A stretch of 64,000 bases of DNA from Octopus sinensis (taxonomy: Eukaryota): positions 28,458,001 to 28,522,000 of the forward strand of contig NC_043016.1 of the NCBI RefSeq assembly GCF_006345805.1, read 5' to 3'. The first letter of the stretch is position 1. Each line of letters opens with the position of its first letter. A model generated the notes under the pieces. It did no database searches. It worked only from the letters and a program-made list of their open reading frames with translations, and was not told the DNA's origin. This document shows, in pieces, positions 39,937-51,491 of the stretch. The translations under genes and the position numbers were made by a program.

Positions 39937-41074
39937 GTAAACAGTTTTTACAAGTTCTTTTTATTCTTTTGTTTCACATAAACATCTAAAGTATATGGTA
40001 TTTAAATGTATGTATAACTTTGTACAAAACGCATATATGATAGTACAACTGGGTTATTGAGTGCACACAACAGGTATTCAGATATTCATTCATTCATGAA
40101 AATGTTAACCTATCTGTGCAAATGCATGTTTATGCATTTAAGTACTCGTGTGCATGCAAGAATTGTATGTTCTGACTCACACATATATTAGTGCTAAGGC
40201 ACAAATGCATGCACATTCATTTATACACATACAAACACACATACACGCACACACACATATATTCAAACTAGTGTCAGTGTCAGAAAAAAAAAATGCTCCT
40301 GGTACACTCTGTAAAGTGGATGGTGTTAAAAAGAGTATCCAGCTGTAGAAACCCTACTATAGCAGACATTGAAGCATGATGCAGTCCTTGAACTGTCTAA
40401 CGCATACCAGTATGAAACATGGATGTCATATGATGATGATGAGAAAAAGGAAAACACAAACTAGTTTCAGAAACATATGAGAATACTTTAAGTAATTGTG
40501 ATATAGTGGTATAGATCACTGTACTGTCTCTGTGACCAGCACACTTAACTACCAGCAGTCCAGTTTACCGAGCTGTAAGTAGGTACCACAGTGTGATATA
40601 ATAGTTTACTATCCAATATGTCATTTCTATCTCATCTACTTAAATTGAGATCAACACCAGACCTATAATTATAAGGTCTCAAAATTAGATTACTGTTATT
40701 TAAATTTCTTTCTTTCTTTCTTTCCCGTATCTTGGGAATGGTTAGATTGACTTATGTTGAAACAATTATTTTTATGATGTTTCTTCTATCTTGGAGGGAT
40801 TAGAGTTACCTGGAGGTCAGCCAAGTACTTCTTGTTTGTTGCTCAGCAATTGAAAGTAATATCTGAACTAATAATGTAGCTATAATATAGCAGTACTGAA
40901 ATAATGTAGTAACACTGTAGTAATAATTTTGGATTTGTCAGTGGGCCAAAAGTTTATTATTTTGAGTTCATAGTCACTTTTGTGTTTGAATATTACATAC
41001 ACATGTAAGCACCCATCTGTGTGGGTTTTTTTGTGTGTGTGTGTGTGTGTGGGGGGGGTTATGATTAGTTACAT

Positions 41075-41475
41075 CATCATCATCATCATCATCATCATCA
41101 TTTAATGTCTACTTTCCATGCTGGCATGAGTTGGATGGTTTGACTCAGGACTGGCAAGGTTCTACAGCTGGATGCTCTTCCTAACAGCAACTACTCTGAG
41201 AGTGTTGTGGGTGCTTTTTATGTGCTACCAGCACGGGCTAGTCAGGCAATACAGGCATTGACCATGCTCAAATGGTGTTCGTTACATGCCACCGGCACAA
41301 GAACCAGTCAGGTAGTACTGGCAATGATCGTGCTTGAATGGTGCTTTTTATGTGCCACCAGCACAGGACCAGTCAGGCGGCATCGATCACATTCCCATGG
41401 TGCATTTTACATGCCACTTGCATGGGAGCCAGTCCAGTGGGACTGGTATCGACCATGCTCAAATAGTGCTTTTTA
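41075..41475 (-). mobile_element. (GAT)n-tailed RTE 3'-end element
   Basis: (CAT)n at about 41073-41100, CCATGCTGGCATG, GCTGGATGCTCTTCCTAAC and several AAAAGCAC units. Confidence 0.8.
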
Positions 41476-41825
41476 CAATAAAATAATTTTACATTGATCT
41501 TATAGGTTACTCTATATTTTTGTTGAGTACAAATTATTCCTATACAAGAATGTTCTTGATAGTGACTTCAATGTTTCAGCAAGTTAAGCAATTGTCAGGT
41601 AGTCTGATAATGGCTTAACTGGCTAAAACTTTGAAGTCTCTGTCAAGAACATTTTTATATAAGAATAATAAATATATATATGATTTACCCTTTTGATACT
41701 AATCCGACTGAAACTGCCTCTGGTTCTGTAGTACAAATGTCTTGTTTTCAAAAGTTCTGAATTACAGTCTTCTATCAAACCTTAGTCACAATTTATGTTC
41801 CTAACACTAGCTTAATAATAACTAA

Positions 41826-42125
41826 GTTCATCATCATCATCAGGCTCCAATCTTGATCTGGCAGAGATTCTACAGCTGGATGCCCTACCTAATGCCAACC
41901 ACTCTGAGAGTGTAGTGGGTGCTTTTACATGCCACTGGCACGAGGGCCAGTCAGGCGGTACTGGCAACGGCCATGCTCAAATGGTGATTTTTATGTGCTA
42001 CCTGCACCAGGAGCCAGTCCAGCGGCACTGGCAAGACCTGGCGATGCTGGTAACGATGATGCTCGAATGGTGCTTTTTACATGCCACCGGCACGGAAGCC
42101 AGTTTGTTGCTCTGGCAATGATCAT
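41826..42125 (-). mobile_element. (GAT)n-tailed RTE 3'-end element
   Basis: Same UTR units as 6548-6995. Confidence 0.8.
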
Positions 42126-42780
42126 GCTTGATTTTACTAAATTCTTATATTTAAAATTAATTGAAAGAAACGCAGAGCATCTCAACAGAAATATGGTAAC
42201 AAAAGGGTTAAGTGATTTTATTCTAATGCAATTGTTAGAATAACTACTGACCATTTTTTGGTATGATTTCATGCTGATAGTGGAGTTGTCCTGACCTTTA
42301 CACACACACGCATGTAGATCATCGTAACCATCATCATCATTTTGACATCTACTTTTTAAGAGCCTTGCATTCATTAAAATGTTGCTGATGATGATAAAAC
42401 TGTTGCAGTGGAATTTTCTCTATTCAGATGACCTTCCTGTCACCAACCTTTACTTGTTCCAGGCAAGAAAATAATCCACTACCCTATCAAACTGTCGACA
42501 TCCCACACATGTTTACACAGAGAACTGGACACAAACAACAGTTTGAACGTGCCTTTTTTTTGTTTTATAAAGAAGAGGCAACATGTCAAGAAACTCAGAC
42601 ATGGTTTTGCAGTGAGCTATAAGCAAACACTGCAACATGTAAGAACATCAATCTTTTATTTAATGTGAACAGTGAGGAGAAATACGGCCTCATTTGCACA
42701 TGATTGTATGTACATACATGCACACACACATGCTCACTCTTACTCCTCAGCATTTGTTTAGCAATTTCTTCTGATGATAC

Positions 42781-43437
42781 CTGTGCCAGTGGCACATAAA
42801 AAGCACCATCCGAATATGGCCGATGCCAGCGTCGCCTCGACTGGCTTCTGTGCCGGTGGAACATAAAAAGCACCATCCGAATGTAGCCGATGCCAGCGCT
42901 GCCTTGACTGGCTTCTGTGCCGGTGGAACATAAAAAGCACCATCCGAATGTAGCCGATGCCAGCGCTGCCTTGACTGGCTTCTGTGCCGGTGGAACATAA
43001 AAAGCACCATCCGAATGTAGCCGATGCCAGCGCTGCCTTGACTGGCTTCTGTGCCGGTGGAACATAAAAAGCACCATCCGAATGTAGCCGATGCCAGCGC
43101 TGCCTTGACTGGCTTCTGTGCCGGTGGAACATAAAAAGCACCATCCGAATGTAGCCGATGCCAGCGCTGCCTTGACTGGCTTCTGTGCCAGTGGCATGTT
43201 AAAAGCACCAACTGATCGTGGCCGATGCCAGACTCCCCTGGCACCTGTGCCGGTGGTACGTAAAAAGCACCCACTAAACTCGCGGAGTGGTTGCGTTAGG
43301 AAGGGCATCCAGCTGTAGAAACACTGCCAGATCAGACTGGAGCCTGGTGCAGCCCCTGGCTTCCCAGACCCCGGTCGAACCGTCCAACCCGTGCTAGCGC
43401 GGAAAACGGACGTTAAACGATGATGATGATGATGTTG
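42781..43437 (+). mobile_element. Young (GAT)n-tailed RTE 3'-end element with expanded 67-bp units
   Basis: Ends GGACGTTAAACGATGATGATG; internal tandem array. Confidence 0.88.
42841..43175. repeat. Five identical 67-bp tandem units, with diverged flanking units
   Basis: CTGGCTTCTGTGCC starts at 42841, 42908, 42975, 43042, 43109 and 43176. Confidence 0.95.
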
Positions 43438-43535
43438 ATACCCATAGCTGTTGTATAGAACATCAGCTGCTTCCACATGATGGAACCAGATGCCTAGTTC
43501 CAGAGTGAAGTCCTGAACTTCTTAAGCAAACAGCC

Positions 43536-43856
43536 ATGCCTTGGCACGTAAAAAGCACCATCCGATCGTGGCCGCTGCTAGCCTCGCCTGGCCCCCGTGC
43601 CAGTGGCACGTAAAAAGCACCATCCGTCCGTGGCCATTTGCCAGCTCCATCTGGCACCTGTGCGGGTGGCACGTAAAAAGCACCCACTACACTCACGGTG
43701 TGGTTGGCGTTAGGAAGGGCATCCAGCCGTAGAAACACTGCCAGATCAGACTGGGACTGATGCAGCCTTCTGGCTTCACAGACCCCAGTTGAACCGTCCA
43801 ACCCATGCTAGCATGGAAAGCGGATGCTAAATGATGATGATGATGATGATGATGAT
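43536..43856 (+). mobile_element. (GAT)n-tailed RTE 3'-end element
   Basis: Three AAAAAGCAC units, TTAGGAAGGGCATCCAGC and a (GAT)n tail. Confidence 0.88.
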
Positions 43857-44064
43857 AGGGGCTGTTTAGCTTAATGGTTGAGCACTCAGCCAGTATCTAA
43901 GGGGTACAAGTTTACTCCTGTAGCTACCTGCTGGAAACTTTTTTCCGTCTTACAAGGGTAAATACTCAGTTTTTCTCAGCTGTTCTTACAGCTATACTGC
44001 ATTCAAAATTTACCTGCTTGTCTGTAAAGTTTCAACCACATTTGACACTTCCAAAGTTTATACT

Positions 44065-44218
44065 ATATATATATGTATATATAAAATATAAATAATATAT
44101 ATATATAAAATAATATACACATATATATATAAATAATATACATATATATATATATATTATATATATATATAAATAATATACAATATATATATAAATGATA
44201 TACATATATATATAAATA

Positions 44219-44253
<35 letters not shown>
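44065..44253. repeat. Imperfect (AT)n microsatellite
   Basis: Direct inspection. Confidence 0.9.
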
Positions 44254-44292
44254 CGAAAGAAGGTTTGAAAATGCAATTTAAAAGATATTTAT

Positions 44293-44337
44293 TTACTTAA
44301 CCGGTTTCACTCTTTGGAAAAAGATTGTCAAAAGTAA
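44293..44337 (-). ncRNA. Degenerate minimal hammerhead motif
   Basis: Minus strand: TTACTT-TTGACAA-TCTTT-ttcc-AAAGA-GT-GAAA-CCGGTT-AAGTAA; 6-bp stem I and palindromic AACCGGTT; core damaged. Confidence 0.5.
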
Positions 44338-44776
44338 CATAGAATATTATGAATTCAAAAAAGTTTTTTACATAATTGCCACATTACATGTATATATACA
44401 GTCTTTGGTAACAGGGACATGTTAAGGACATAAAGAAGTACAACAGTGTGATGAGAATATTTGGAAAAATGGGCAGAAAAGAATAAAACAAATATATTAT
44501 ACATCTCCGGGTCAGTACAGAATATTATGAATTCAAGGCGAGCTTGTTTACTGACCTGTCCGTTTTAGCAGAAATGTAGAATATATATATCCTTAAATCC
44601 TTACAAATGTTTTAGCCTGAAGGCCGCGGCCATGCTGGGGCACCACCGCTGAATGAGCTACACTAATATGTGAATCCACCTCTGATACGTGGCACTTGAT
44701 CAACAAGGGAGTTCGATGCTGCTGCCCACATCTGCATCTCCTGTATATATAATATACATATATATAAATATACATA

Positions 44777-45142
44777 TCTCTCTCTATATATAAACGGCAG
44801 TTTGTCTGTGTGTGTTTCTGTGTGTCTGTTAGGTTGTACCCTCACCCTGACCACGGCTTTCAACCGATTCTGATGAAACTTGACACACACATAGCCCAAT
44901 GTCATAATTTAAAACTAACGCAGCGAAAATTTTGAAAAGTTCCCCCAGTTCTGAAAAAAATCGATAAATTCGACATGGGGTCGAGAATCAGAAACACAGA
45001 CTGTCTAGGGGACGCAACTCGACCTTTTTAACTAAAAAAAATTTACCATCATTTTTTTTTTCCATTTTTGGCTATAACTCTCTAAAAATGCTTTATAGTT
45101 ATTTCCCTTACAAATCCGAGCAACGCCGGGCGATACTGCTAG
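44777..45142 (+). mobile_element. Non-autonomous Helitron (366 bp)
   Basis: 5' TC after A, 3' CTAG (45139-45142) before T, subterminal hairpin CCGAGCAACGCCGG at about 45116-45129; no TSD. The 5' boundary lies in a (TC)/(TA) run and is approximate. Confidence 0.85.
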
Positions 45143-45194
<52 letters not shown>

Positions 45195-45197
<3 letters not shown>

Positions 45198-46860
45198 GAA
45201 ACAAGGATTAGAATCGAAGGGCCTTAGAATCAACCTAGCCAAAACCAAAGTCCTAATAAGTAGGAAGGTGGACCAATCACAAACGACTTCAGGTAGATGG
45301 CCCTGCTCGATCTGTAAAAAAGGTGTAGGTAGAAACTCTATAAGGTGCACCAAGTGTAAGCTATGGACACATAAGAGGTGCAGCAATGTCAAAGGAAGGC
45401 TAACTAGGAAAATAGTTTTTGTCTGTGGCAGATGCTCAGGAGCAATAAACACTGGAAATGTGCAGAGACCAACTTCTACCACGTTCCAGGGAGACAAACT
45501 AGAAGTAGTTGAATAGCTTCCGCTATCTAGGTGACCAAGTCAGTAGCGGGGGTGGGTGTGCTGAAAGTGTAACTGCTAGAGTAAGAATAGCCTGGGCAAA
45601 GTTAGAGAGCTCTTACCCCTGCTGGTGACAAAAGGCCTCTTGCTCAGAGTAAAAGGCAGACTGCATGATGCATGTGTATGTACAGCCATGCTACATGGTA
45701 GTGAAACATGGGCCGTGACTGCTGAGGATATGCGTAAGCTCGCAAGAAATGAAGACAGTATGCTCCGATGGATGTGTAATGTCAGTGTTCATAATCGACA
45801 GAATGTAAGTACCTTGAGAGAAAAGTTGAACCTAAGAAGCATCAGTTGTGGTGTGCAAGAGAGATGTCTGCACTGGTATGGTCATGTGACAAGAATGGCT
45901 GAAGATAGTTGTGTACAAAAGTGCTACACCCTAGCAGTTGAGGGAACCTGTTGAAGAGGTAGACCCAGGAAAACCTGGGACGAGGTGGTGAAGCCCGACC
46001 TTCGAACTTTAGCTCTCACCAAGGAAATGACTAGAGACCGAGACCTATGGAAGTATGCTGTGCGTGAGAAGACCCGGCAAGACTAGTGAGGCCATAACCC
46101 GTGGCCTCTACCTGCCAATCCCTACCAGTGGAGGGAACCCGTGGAAGAGGTAGACCCAGGAAAACCTGGGACGAGGTGGTGAAGCACGACCTTCGAACTT
46201 TAGGTCTCACTGAGGAAATGACCAGCGACCGAGACCTTTGGAAATATGCTGTGCGTGAAAAGACCAGGCAGGACAAGTGAGTCCAGCCCACTTATGCATG
46301 CCTTTCCTCCCTTGGACACACAAAGACCTGTTGAGGCAAGCGAAGTCGATATCGAACCTCATCCGACGACAGGCACCTATGCCAACCCCCCTTTGCTTGC
46401 GAAGACCTGTTGGGGCAAGTGAAATCGAAATCGGAATCGAAATTGAACCAATCCTATGACTGGCACCCAGCAGATGCCAGGACCCCTGGACTGGAGATAT
46501 GAAAAAGCACTATCCAAATCGTGGCCTCGACTGGCTTCCGTGTCGGTGGCACATAAAAAGCACATCTGGATCGTGGCTGAAGCCAGTGCCGCCTCGACTG
46601 GCTTCCATGCCGGTGGCACGTAAAATGCACCAATCCGACCGTGGCTGATGCCAGCCTCGCCTGGCACCAGTGCAGGTGGCACGTAAAAAGCACCCACTAC
46701 ACTCACGGAGTGGTTGGCGTTAGGAAGGGCATCCAGCTGTAGAAACATTGCCAGATAAGTCCGGAGCCTGGTGCAGCCTTCTGGTTTCCCAGATCCCCGG
46801 TCGAACCGTCCAACCCATGCTAGCATGGAGAACGGACGTTAAACGATGATGATGATGATA
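45195..46860 (+). mobile_element. Young 5'-truncated RTE LINE with PHD-type insert in RT, duplicated ORF end and complete 3' UTR
   Basis: KGLRINLAKTKV, Cys/His finger, +1 frameshift near 45512, RYLGD, WYGHV, RGRPRKTWDEV; ORF end repeated at about 45930-46080 and 46125-46280; (GAT)n tail. Confidence 0.9.
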
Positions 46861-46863
46861 ATG

Positions 46864-46864
<1 letters not shown>

Positions 46865-46923
<59 letters not shown>

Positions 46924-46926
46924 TAT

Positions 46927-47006
<80 letters not shown>

Positions 47007-47011
47007 CATAC

Positions 47012-47062
<51 letters not shown>

Positions 47063-47063
47063 C

Positions 47064-47114
<51 letters not shown>

Positions 47115-47115
47115 C

Positions 47116-47156
<41 letters not shown>

Positions 47157-47207
47157 CATATACATATATATATATATATATACATACATATACATACATA
47201 TACATAC

Positions 47208-47238
<31 letters not shown>

Positions 47239-47372
47239 CATACATATACATATACATACATATATATACATATATATATATACATATATATATATATACA
47301 TATATATATAATATATATATATATACATACATATACATATACATACATATATATACATATATATATATACAC

Positions 47373-47426
<54 letters not shown>

Positions 47427-47544
47427 TCATATATATATATATACATATATATACATATATATATATATATATTCATATATATATATATACATATATATAT
47501 ACATACATATATATATATTCATATATATATATACATATATATAC

Positions 47545-47615
<71 letters not shown>
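46865..47615. repeat. Compound (AT)n/(ACAT)n microsatellite, about 750 bp
   Basis: Direct inspection; source of the spurious IY-rich ORFs. Confidence 0.95.
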
Positions 47616-47617
<2 letters not shown>

Positions 47618-48233
47618 TATGTAGGCACAGGATGTCATGAACGCGTGCAACAAAAAGTACAAAGCACAAGTACATGGAACATGAACTATTCTTTTGAACA
47701 ACGAAAGACACAAATGGAAAACAAGGCAAACAACATAGAGAACGACCCTTCATCAGTTGTTGGCTGTTTTTCTAGTCTCCTATTTCAAGCATTTAACAAA
47801 AATATATACTTTCGATAAAACAGTTGCTCCCACAAAGCAAATTAAATAAAATTTGGGATTTTGTGGAGGGTCAAAGTAGGTAACACAAACAGGAAGGACT
47901 GCTAAACCTAAACAAGGTTGTGGTGGCAAACGCATAAATCATGCTAGGACAGGAGACATACAAGAACACGTCTTCCTTGTTCCAGCTACAATGGAGAGAA
48001 AGAAAGAAAGAAAAATGACCAATGGTCAAGTGGGAGCCACGTGAGCAAGGGAGGAGGTGTGAGGGAGAGTGAGTGACAGAGTAATAGGATAGAATAGTGG
48101 TAGAAGAGGAAGCAAAAGAATAAGATAGAGAAAAATGAAAGAGTAAAAAGATCATATAGAGTGCGCATCAGAATTATTAAGATAAAACTTACTTGGAAGA
48201 GGATGCGTGGCGTTCAATCATATAATAATATAA

Positions 48234-48234
<1 letters not shown>

Positions 48235-48270
<36 letters not shown>

Positions 48271-48320
48271 CATATATATATATGTGCATATATATATATA
48301 TATATATGCATATATATATA

Positions 48321-48368
<48 letters not shown>

Positions 48369-48424
48369 TATATATATATATATATATATGCATATATATA
48401 TATGCATATATATATATATATATA

Positions 48425-48458
<34 letters not shown>

Positions 48459-48504
48459 TATATATATATGCATATATATATATATATATATATGCATATA
48501 TATA

Positions 48505-48548
<44 letters not shown>

Positions 48549-48916
48549 TATATATATATATATGCATATATATATATATATATGCATATATATATATATG
48601 CGCATATATATATATATATATGCGCATATATATATATATATGCATATATATATATATATGCATATATATATATATATATATGCATATATATATATATATG
48701 CATATATATATATATATGCATATATATATATATATGCATATATATATATATATGCATATATATATATGCATATATATATATATATATGCATATATATATA
48801 TATATGCATATATATATATATATGCATATATATATATATATGCATATATATATATATATGCATATATATATATATATATGCATATATATATATATATATA
48901 TGCATATATATATATA

Positions 48917-48962
<46 letters not shown>
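48235..48962. repeat. (AT)n array punctuated by TGCA, about 730 bp
   Basis: Units (TA)n-TGCA with variable n. Confidence 0.95.
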
Positions 48963-48963
<1 letters not shown>

Positions 48964-49020
48964 GAAATATTAAATTACTAAGTCTCTCTAAAAGAGATTA
49001 CGGCAGCGTTACTGGAAATT

Positions 49021-49287
49021 AATTGTTATCGCCATATTAATATGGCAGTCTTTAGATATAAGACTAAAAGCTGTCGCTACATTGACAAAGGGCAAATACC
49101 CTGAAACGCGTCTGTAACTGTCTGACTGGCAGTGTGAAGCGGCTGACCTCCCTTGTTCGAAGGTTATAATGGACACAGTTTGTGTGTCAAATAGCTATCT
49201 TAAGGCGATGGCCTCATGGAGCTAATCAGCAACAGCTTTTAGTCTTATATCTATTTAGACTGCCATATTAATATGGCGATAACAAAT
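49021..49287. mobile_element. About 55-bp inverted arms enclosing a degenerate + strand hammerhead (Penelope-like relic)
   Basis: Arms 49021-49074 and 49232-49287; HHR motif CTACA-TTGACAA-AGGG-caaata-CCCT-GAAA-CGCGTC-TGTA at 49077-49116. Confidence 0.75.
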
Positions 49288-49729
49288 ATACATACGTATA
49301 TGTACATACTTACATCTATACATGTATATATATATATATATATATGTGGGCACAAGATGTCATGAAACATGTACAACAAAAAAGTATGAAGCACGAGTAC
49401 ATGGAACATGAAGTATTCTTTCAACAACAAAAGACACAAATGGAAAACAAAGCAAATCATCATTTAATGTCTGTTTTCCATACTGATGTGAGTTGGATAG
49501 TTTGCCAGGAGCTAGCAAGCCAGAGGACTGCATCAAGCTCCAATGTCTGCTTTTGCATGGTTTCTCCACCTGGATGTTTTTCCTGATGCCAGCCACTTCA
49601 TACTGTACTAGGTTGTGCCAGGGGAGGAGTTAAAGTATGATAGAGGTACAGAAACAGGCCTCTTACTGTAGAGGAGATACCACAGTATGCATATACATAA
49701 ATATATATTTATTTACATATATATATATC

Positions 49730-50325
49730 ATCACCATTTAACATTCGTTGTCAATGCTGACATGGGTTGGATGGCTTGACCAGGGCTGGTAGACTGGAGG
49801 GCTGCACCAGACTTCCGTCTGATTAGACGTGGTTTCTACAGCTGCATGCCCTTCCTAAATCCAACCAATCTCAGCGTTTAATGGGTGCTTTTAAGTGCCA
49901 GTTGCATGACACCAGTATCTGCCATGTCTAAGAATTCACTTGGCTCAATGGGTCTTCTCATCTTCTCAAACACAGCATATTGCCAAAGGTCTCAGTCATT
50001 TGTCGTTGCCTCTGTGAAGCCCAATGCTCGAAAGGTGCTTTTTACATGCCATCAGCATTGGCCACATTGCCTCCATGAGGCCCAATTCTTGAAAGGTGTT
50101 TTTTAGATGCCACTGGCATGGGTGCCAGTTATGTGACACCAGCATCAGCCACAACTACAATTTCCCTTGGCTTGATGTGTATTAAGCATGGCATATCTTC
50201 AGATGTCTTGGTCATTAGTCATTGCCTCTGTGAGACCTAACGTTCGAAGATCATACTTCACCACCTCGTCCCATGTCTTCTTGGGTCTACCTCTACCATA
50301 GGTTCTCTCCACAGTTAGAGATCAA
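49730..50325 (-). mobile_element. RTE 3' end (ORF end plus UTR)
   Basis: Minus-strand GRPKKTWDEVVKYDLRTLGL remnant near 50230-50295, followed by UTR units. Confidence 0.8.
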
Positions 50326-50709
50326 CATACAAACACACTCACACACACAGAGGATGGGCTAAAGGTCATGAATGAGGTTTCAATATGTAATAATTCCATT
50401 ATTTTTTCTTTTAAGATTTCACTACTATAGCATTGTATATAGTATATATAGGAAATAAATGTATTCTAGTTACGAAGGAAAATATAAAAACAATGTGATA
50501 GAATTTATTAAAATTTCACATCATTTCATGACTGGCCCATCCTGTTTATTAACACATGCAAAAATACATATACATATATACATACACAAAACAAACACGA
50601 TACACACATGCATATATTATATACATTTTAAATTTTTTTTGCACATGTGTGTTTGTGTGTGTGTGTGTGTGTGTGGACATGCTGACAGATACATTCTTTT
50701 CTTTTTCAG

Positions 50710-50862
50710 TCGTTATTACATGATCCCAATCCGGATAGCCCTGCTAATAATGAAGCAGCACAGTTGTATAAAGAAAATAGGCGAGAATATGAGAAAAAAG
50801 TTGCAGCTATTGTTCAGGAAAGCTTACAGGACGAGGAGGAAGAGGAGGAAGAACAGTCATAG
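50710..50862 (+). CDS. UBE2A: RAD6/UBE2A terminal coding exon: [50 protein letters not shown]
   Basis: Pyrimidine tract plus TTTTTCAG acceptor, phase 0; SPAN motif and [12 protein letters not shown]; TAG at 50860-50862. About 160 aa in total if the missing first exon supplies the usual 44 nt. Confidence 0.93.
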   Translation, partial: SLLHDPNPDSPANNEAAQLYKENRREYEKKVAAIVQESLQDEEEEEEEQS

Positions 50863-51397
50863 CAGAAAAAAACAAAAAACTACATATATAATGTGTATAT
50901 ATCTTTCACTTTAATACACGTTAGCATATCCACGAGTATGAATTTCTTTCTGTGTGTGTGTAAATATATATGTATGTATATAATTTCTTTATATACATTC
51001 ATTCATACATGTAAAGCGTATTTGTATATATTATAAGATATATATATATACATATACACACACAAACACACAGCACATTTTCTCGTTCAGATGCTCTCTA
51101 TCTCTACTCTCTTTCTGTTCTATCGTTCTCTGATCCCTTTTCTGTTTTTTTCTCATGCCATATGCATGTGTGTACATATACATATATATCCATCTATCTA
51201 TCTATATATATATATGTGTATATATATATGTGTGTGTGTGTGGGTGTGTGTGGTACATGCATGTGGTACTTCTGCATGTGTATGTATCTATATGTGTGTA
51301 TATATGTGTGTGTGTGTGTGTGGTACATGCATGTGGTACTTGCGCATATGTATGTATATATATGTACATATGTGTGGGTGATATGTGTATGTGTCTA

Positions 51398-51439
<42 letters not shown>

Positions 51440-51459
51440 TGTATATATGTATGTATGTA

Positions 51460-51491
<32 letters not shown>

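Noticed and set aside
42595-43476. 293-aa and overlapping ORFs; also a superficially CRISPR-like array
   Set aside because: Produced by a 67-bp tandem repeat with no unique spacers, in a eukaryotic retroelement UTR; no cas genes.
44551-44580. CTGACCT-GTCC...GCA-GAAA-TGTA, hammerhead-like
   Set aside because: Core G8/A9 absent, stem II and stem I do not close; too degenerate to support.
47735-47800. Minus-strand CTGATGAAGGG
   Set aside because: No correctly placed GAAA/UH or closing stems for type I, II or III folds.
46720-49022. Long ORFs (150-264 aa) rich in I, Y, M and H
   Set aside because: Translations of (AT)n microsatellites, which lack stop codons.
29069-50709. Two consecutive introns of nearly equal length (10779 and 10773 bp)
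   Set aside because: Their repeat content is different; no sign of duplication, so treated as coincidence.
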